From: Chrysomallon squamiferum
Lineage: Eukaryota; Animalia; Mollusca
DNA length: 64,000 nucleotides
Direction: 5' to 3'
NCBI GenBank assembly: GCA_012295275.1
Contig: CM022676.1
Coordinates: forward strand, 10,602,001-10,666,000
Under the pieces are notes generated by a model that worked only from the letters and a program-made list of their open reading frames with translations, did not search any database and was not told the DNA's origin. Positions 1-64,000 of the stretch are shown one piece after another (the stretch's first letter is position 1; the number at the start of each line of letters is the position of its first letter). Made by a program: the position numbers and the translations under genes.

Positions 1-1003
1 TGTAGCTTGGTTGCAAAGATATCTGGGTTGAACTCTTGATAATGGATACTAACAAAATTAACTTTGACAAGTCACTTTTTTTTCTTTTTTTCCCCTCTAT
101 AACTAACTGTTTAACATTCTAATAAACTATCTTCATATCATAACCCACATTCCCAGACTGTGCAAGCAACATGGAAAAATAGAAAATTAATTATTAAAAA
201 AGTTCTCCATCCTAAAAAATAAAGAACCTTGTTACAGTCATAATAATGATTAAAAATAAAACAAACACTCCAAGAAAAAAAAAAAGTAAAGTATAAAGAA
301 TATAAAGTGGTAAAAAGTTATTGTGATATGAGACCAAGGTAAGTGGTTTTGTTAAATTTTGGAATAAGGAAGTTACTGGAAAGCTATAAATATAGGTGGC
401 TGTTATTGTTATTTTGTGCAGACAGTAATAAGATTAATTTTAAATTTTAACTTATTTATTTATTTTATTTTTAGACATAATTATTGTAAAAGAAAAATAA
501 CCAAAAAAATGTTGAACTTTAGTAAAATAAAATAATAAAATAGAAGCTCATAATATCAGAAGTTCAAAAAAAATTAGAAGATAAAAATGTTTATATTTAA
601 ATAATCATTAAAACTAGATAATGAATAAAATATAAATAAATAAATTAAAAAGAAATTCATCTGTATTTCATACTCTAAGAAGAAAAAAAATGAAATGTAA
701 CCAAAAATTTTTTTTTTTTACTAAAATAAGTAACGTTTTATTTATTAATTTTATATCTATATGTATATCTATATATATATTAAATATAGAACTTTTATCT
801 AAGAATACTAAAAAAATATATTAAAATAATAATAAAATAACCCTAATAAACTAAATAAATAACAAAAATGAATAGATAAATATTAAAAAAAAAAAAAAAA
901 AAAAATAATAATCCGATTTAGTTGTAAACTGCACAAAATAACAGATCATAGAAAGCAAATATTAAAAAGCTTTAAATGAGGAAAGGAAGTAAAGGGAGAT
1001 AAC

Positions 1004-1060
1004 CTCTAGGGTCTGCAGTTTGCTGAGTAGAGGGGATACAGAACCGATAGTGCCTTCCAG
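1004..1060 (-). CDS. Possible cassette exon (57 nt): LEGTIGSVSPLLSKLQTLE
   Basis: Good acceptor tattttgatttctag, open phase 0-0 frame, GC-elevated. The donor GAG|gttatc is weak and I recognise no family homology. Confidence 0.35.
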
Positions 1061-1829
1061 CTAGAAATCAAAATATTTTATCTTTAATAAATAACTACAA
1101 AAATTCTTGTCATGGAGATAAATATATATTGTTCGTAGTATCTCTAAAATGGTTTAATTATTTAAAAAAAAAAATAAAAAAAAAAAAAATTAAAATAAAA
1201 ATAATAAGAATAAGAATAAGAATAAGGATAACAATTAAAAAAAAAAAAAAAAAAAAAAAAAATAAATAAATAATAATAATAAATAAATAAATAAATAATA
1301 AGAATAAGAATGAATAATAATATAAAATATAAATAAAATAAATAATATGAATGAAAAATAATAAATAAATAACTAAATAAAGATACAGAAGTATATTTTG
1401 CACACACTTCGGTAGGCAGATGTTTATAAACTCTTCAAAGCACTGGAAGGTTAAGGAAAACAAGACATGATGCAATTAATGCAGGTCTTGACAAATTAAT
1501 AAATTACTGCCAACAACAACAGCAACAACAATGACATCATCTCTTTGATAAATTAAGAAAACTTCATATCTGAATTTCTTTTTCTTTTTCAGAAAATTAA
1601 AAAAAATAATAATAATAAATAAATAAATTAAAATTAAAATTAAAAAATTACAACATCTAAAATGACTGAAGCATCAGGTTTTCTTAATTTACTTACATAC
1701 AGGAATAAACAGATTAGTATTAATGTTGATAACAACAACAACAACAACAGCAACAACAACATTAATAATAATTATAGAAATAATAACAGTAATAAATAAT
1801 AATAAATAATAATAATAGTAGTAACAGTA

Positions 1830-1860
<31 letters not shown>

Positions 1861-2102
1861 TAAAAACAAAAATAACAAATACAGTAATAATAACAGTACA
1901 CAAAATTTAAAAGGAAATAATAATAATAATAATAATAACAACAATAATAATAATAATAATAACTATAATAACAACATTAACAAAAACAATAACAATAATA
2001 GCTGCAGCAGCAACAATAATAGCCATATAAGCAAACATGTTGATGATGTTGAATAAACAGTGACAACAACGACAATGATGATGTTTTACTGATATTACTT
2101 AC

Positions 2103-58515
<56,413 letters not shown>

Positions 58516-58657
58516 CTGCAAAGAGAAGACAACTCATTAGTATTTGTATTATGTAAAAAGAAAAAGAAGAGCTTTCAAAGAGGAGGTAACTCACAAAAAC
58601 ATATGTCATAACAGAAATAAGAGATTTCAAGGAGGTGAAAACTCTTTAAAACATAAT

Positions 58658-58700
<43 letters not shown>

Positions 58701-59726
58701 GTAATAATCAATAATAATAATCACAATAACGATAATAGTAATAGTAATAGTAATAGTAATAGTAATAATAATAATAATAATAATAATAGTAATACTACTA
58801 CTACTACTACTACTACTAATAATAATAATAATAACAACAACAACAAAACAACATTGACTGGAATGTCTGAAAAGAGAAGTTAATTTTTGAGAGTGGAAAG
58901 AGGGAAAAGGGGAGTTAACTTGTTAGAATAGTTATTATTTGGAATACATAAAAAAGTTGGAGAGTTTCCAAAGAAAAGGTACTTCATTAGTAAATTTACT
59001 GTTGAAAAATAAAAACAGCGTCTGCAAAGGAGGAGATAACTCATGAAAACACTAATTGCATGTAATACTTGAGCCTCCTGAGAAAACATACTGAAATAGG
59101 ACAGAAAATTAAAATAAATCTGTTTGTTTGGAAAATAAAAAAAATAATCATTATAACAATTAACATGAACAAACAAAAGTCTGCAAAGATACATAATTCA
59201 CTGGGACGCTTATTACTGAGAGCAAAAAAGAACAGAGAATCTGTAAAGAGGAGATAACTCATAATTTATATTAGCTCAAATTGGAGAGGCACCAGGAAGC
59301 AAGTAATTCATTATTCTTTCTGTATTGCTGCTGAACTTTTTGTTCCAGAAAGAAAGGAATTTGAAATCATTTCAAGTGGGGTGCTTTTCCAGGTATGCGA
59401 AACTTAATACGTTAAACGAGAGTTCCAAACGAAGTTTGTGAATTGTAATTTTTGTAATACATCATTTTTTTTTTTTTCTGTTACTTTTTTCCGGCTGTTT
59501 AAAAGGATTTTTTTATTTATATTTTTTGTGTTAGATACAAAAAAAAAATTAAAAAAATGGATGTATTAGTATTATCCAGCAGCATTCCTTAGGTAATCCT
59601 GTCTCATATTATTTACATTTTATTGTGTGGTTGTGTGTGTGTGTGTGTGTGTGCGTGTGCGTATGTATGTATGTGTTCACTGATTTCAAGAGAAAAAAAA
59701 TATGGAAGAAAGAAACACATATTTAC

Positions 59727-59737
59727 CTATCCATCAT
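59727..59737 (-). CDS. ARHGEF11/12: Candidate first coding exon (M-M-D-R, phase 2)
   Basis: Minus strand reads tga ATG ATG GAT AG|gtaaat. The phase-2 end joins the next exon to give MMDR-LSSLS, resembling human ARHGEF11 ..IDRLSSLS (recalled). It is very short, so a chance match cannot be excluded. Confidence 0.45.
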
Positions 59738-61072
59738 TCACACAATGACACATATAAAACAAACATACCTATTCAAACTAAAAATATTTTATACAGCTTA
59801 TCTTATTCACATGGAGTTAATAAAACAAAGATTAAAATTTATGATGAAAACACTTGATGTAACTCGTTATCAAACTGTTATCAGACAAATGTGTCATAAT
59901 CTCAACATCAGTGACACGTCACACAAAACTTATCCATCGGGTTATATAACGTTGTATTTGCATCAGACAAAATTTATTAAATTTATGAACTGAATGATAT
60001 AGCAGGCAGCCCATCTCATCCAAGATGTCTGTGGTTCTAGTACCTCAGGTGGAAGTTAAAAAACATAATTTTGTCTTTTTTTGTTTCTGCAATTCGAAAC
60101 TATCTGTATAACTACTACTACTAAAATCTATTTGGGTTTATGGTGCTTAATGATTTTGTATAAAATAATAATAATAAAAATAAAATTTAATTTAATAATA
60201 AATAATATAATATAATAATTATAATATAATATAAATAATATGAAATAAATAAATAAATATAATAAAAAATTAAAAAATTAAAAAAACTGATATTACATTG
60301 CAGAGATGGGCCTTATCTCAGTGTCTTAGTGAACATTGACCTAGGATTATGATAACTGATAGCCACACATTAACTAGTATACTGAGTACACCTTTAAACA
60401 AACCATTTCTTTCTTTCTTTCAGTTTTTGGTGTCATTCATCCATTTATCAGTCCATCCATCCATCCATCCATCCATCCTGTAAACTGGACAGTGATACAG
60501 TTTCATGATTATAAATATCGTTCAATATGTAACCATTAGGTAACCTCTATCATCTTTTGACAATTTTCTGTAATTGCTTTTCTTTTTCTTTCATTGTTTT
60601 TTTTCTCTTCTTTTATTATTATTATTATTTATTTAATTTTTTTTGTTTTAATACATATATTCTCTGGATTATTTTCGGTAATTTTTCTATATTTTATTTT
60701 CATTTTTTTATTTTTTACTATTATTATTATTATTTTTCCTTCAACTTAATACATATATTCTCTGGACTATTTTCTGTAAAACAAGATGTTGTTGTTTTTT
60801 GCTTGATACATTAATGAAATAGACTGTAGACCTGTGATTTATAAACACACATTAAGTAAACCGACTGGACTGTGTAAGGTATACATACATACATCAGTCC
60901 AGATGTTCCAAGGGAAGAAGATAAGAGATTAAATGAAGCCACCTAATGACCAGACACACAAATAATCCTTTTGTCTTTTTTTTTTCTTTCCTGTGATTGC
61001 TAAAACACCTGGCTTTTGTCAAACTGACATGTATACTTCTTGTACTGATATATATGTATGTAGGTGTGTAAG

Positions 61073-61117
<45 letters not shown>

Positions 61118-61192
61118 GTACGTACGTACATGTGTGTCTGTGTTTTTGTAAAACTTTTCTTTCTTTTCCTTATTCTTTTGTTATTGTTTGGC

Positions 61193-61230
<38 letters not shown>

Positions 61231-61954
61231 GCTGTTACCACTACTAATACTTTATTTTATTAATAACTTTTTAAATGTCAGTGTTTATTTATATATTTAT
61301 TTTTTAATTTTAATTTTAATTATTTCAGTTTTTACCAGTCACCACCATTATTGCACAATCTGCATTATGTGAAACCATCCTAATATAATTCATTTTCCAT
61401 GTGCACAAATTATGAGCCCTGCTGAACAATATAGGCTACGTAGAATTTAAATTTGTGCACCCATGCATTAACAACTACTATGACACCTCAAGAAAGTTTG
61501 ATGCTGCATATTTAAATGTTCACATGATAAAGTGTTTTTTACTAAGTTCAGGCAATTTCAAATAAAATATTTTTTTTTTTAAAAAGAAGAAAAATAATAA
61601 TAATAATAAATAAATAAATAAATAAATAAAAATAAATAAATAATTTTAAAAACAGGAGGGAAACAGGTCTGGAATCTTCAGAAACTTTAAAAACAGATGT
61701 TTCTGTTAAACTGTAGATAAAGTCATTCTTCCTGATTTATTGCTGGTTTTCAGAGAAAAAAAAAAAAATATATATATATATTTCTCTCCAAGTTTTATCT
61801 ATACATTTTTTTATTATAATTTTTAAAATTTATATAGTGTCTTTAGAAACAGTAATATATGTGTGTGTGCATGTGTATATATACATACTCACACACAAAC
61901 ATTTATTTAGACACATGTATATACATATATACCCATATGTATGTATGAATGTAA

Positions 61955-61997
<43 letters not shown>

Positions 61998-62510
61998 TGT
62001 CTGTTTGTGTTATCTGGATGACATAAAATTCATAAAAATAACATCTACAGTTCTCTGCCATATTATACAGGGCGTATCTCCTAACAGTTTATACTGAATT
62101 AAGATTATATATTAAAAATAAAATGAATGCAGCAGATAAAAGGTAAGATATAAGCCATACACTAACAAGCACTGAGATATATTCATTTTATTTATATTCT
62201 CTGATAACAAATTGGAGTATATCCCAAGGAATTATGGTTCACTAGTCTAATGACCCTTAATAGAGCCATTAAAGAATTGCCTGTTCCGACTTGTTCCCCT
62301 GTGTCAAGCTTATCAAACTTTGACTTGATCTTTCCTGTCTGTAGCAAGACACATGTCTATTAAATAAGACAACATTCTAAACATAAATAAATAATAAATA
62401 AATAAATAAACAAACAAATAAATAAATAAATAAATAAATAAAATTAAATAAATAAATAAATAGCAGAGATAAAAAAAACATAATTACAATAAAAAATTTA
62501 AATTTTGGTT

Positions 62511-62559
<49 letters not shown>

Positions 62560-63151
62560 GGATAGGATGATAGACAGATAATATATTTTTGAAAAAGTTC
62601 CTAAATTTACATGACAGATTTCAAAAAATGACATTAAATAAATAAACAAAAGAAGCATACATATCAACCAACAAAATAAATAAAATAAAATAAAATCAAC
62701 AAAAATAAAAATAAAATAAAACGAAATAGTGAAATAGATAAACAAAAACTTCATGATTGTGAAAGAAAGATGTTAAATAATATATAAATAAGGAAAGAAA
62801 AAATACTGAAGAAAAAAAAAAAAATAAAAAAAAAAAAAAGAAGAAGAAGAAAAAGAAAGATGTCCCTATCTTCACTTTAACAGATAAACAAGCTTGCATT
62901 GTAATGTCATTAAGTGACCTTTGACCCCCACTGCTTTGACCTAGTTTTGCTACTTTCAAAGCAGCCAATCAGAAAGCGCCAATGGTGTTGTTTGTCTTGG
63001 CAAATCCAGATAGCTCAACACTTGTATCATGTAACATGTAGGATTTATGTTCTGTATGTACATACTAATTATTTACAAACACTAGGATTACTGATGGCTA
63101 TCAAATGACAGTTTGAAGAAAAGAAACTATAATTAATTTGAAGGTGTGGGA

Positions 63152-63210
<59 letters not shown>

Positions 63211-63412
63211 TGTGTGTGTCAGTGTGTGCTTTGTGTATGTTTAGTGTATATTGTTATTTTTAAAAAAAAAAAAAAACATCTGTTAAAAAACACATACATT
63301 CATACAATATATATATATCCACACACACACACACACACAAATATATATACATTCATATACACACATGCAAACACATTCACACTCTCTCTTTCTTTCACTC
63401 TTTTTCTTTCTG

Positions 63413-63497
<85 letters not shown>

Positions 63498-63812
63498 TAC
63501 CAAATATTAATTATGTGCAGTCATCTGGTGTATTTAAGTAGCTGCGCAAACTTCCGACACAACAGGAAATATTGACTGCATACATGCATACCAGCTGTCA
63601 TGATAAAACACCCCACCCAGACTTAATTAATGTTCAATAGTTAATTTATCTCACATATCATTTTCAGGTTATGTATTTTTAATTTGTTAATGATAAATAT
63701 TAATAAGTTTGTGTATGAGGCAATAGACTTATTTATTTATTTATTATTATTATTATTGAGTTTGCTGATTTTTACAATATTTTATATTATCCCTTTTTAT
63801 GAATGTTAACAT

Positions 63813-63942
<130 letters not shown>

Positions 63943-64000
63943 TAGGGGTTTCTGACTTTTCATTACATTAAATTTTACCAGTTAATGAACTGTATTTACC

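Noticed and set aside
1-48. Possible next exon at the window edge after ttttgttag
   Set aside because: No frame resembles the expected start of the RH domain, and the window truncates it, so it cannot be supported.
1395-1442. Strong acceptor followed by CFEEFINICLPK on the minus strand
   Set aside because: No convincing frame-preserving donor and no resemblance to the RH domain start.

Overview
Very AT-rich, microsatellite-dense animal genomic DNA; an invertebrate, plausibly a mollusc, is inferred from composition and repeat style and is not proven. Almost all ORFs in the supplied track are simple-repeat artefacts. The window holds the 5' part of one intron-rich gene on the minus strand: a PDZ-domain, RGS-like (RH) Rho guanine-nucleotide exchange factor of the ARHGEF11/ARHGEF12/Drosophila RhoGEF2 family. 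I could splice 11 exons by hand (58451-58515 down to 2103-2174), all with GT-AG boundaries. Their phases are consistent except for one exon that is 1 nt short in a G11 homopolymer. They encode an N-terminal peptide, a complete PDZ domain, a coiled coil, a Ser/Pro-rich linker and the IIxxEDEDF motif that precedes the RH domain. The RH, DH and PH exons should lie to the left of position 1. The most interesting observations are: (i) a 72-bp minisatellite that has amplified an exon end plus its GTAAGT donor, creating in-frame 9-nt microexon-like cassettes; (ii) phase-compatible candidate alternative first exons inside the 29.2-kb intron that splits the PDZ domain; (iii) the homopolymer frameshift exon; (iv) repeated copies of the exon-2 splice acceptor; (v) motif clusters and many locus-private degenerate tandem arrays. 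No RNA genes, intact transposons or CRISPR arrays are supported.
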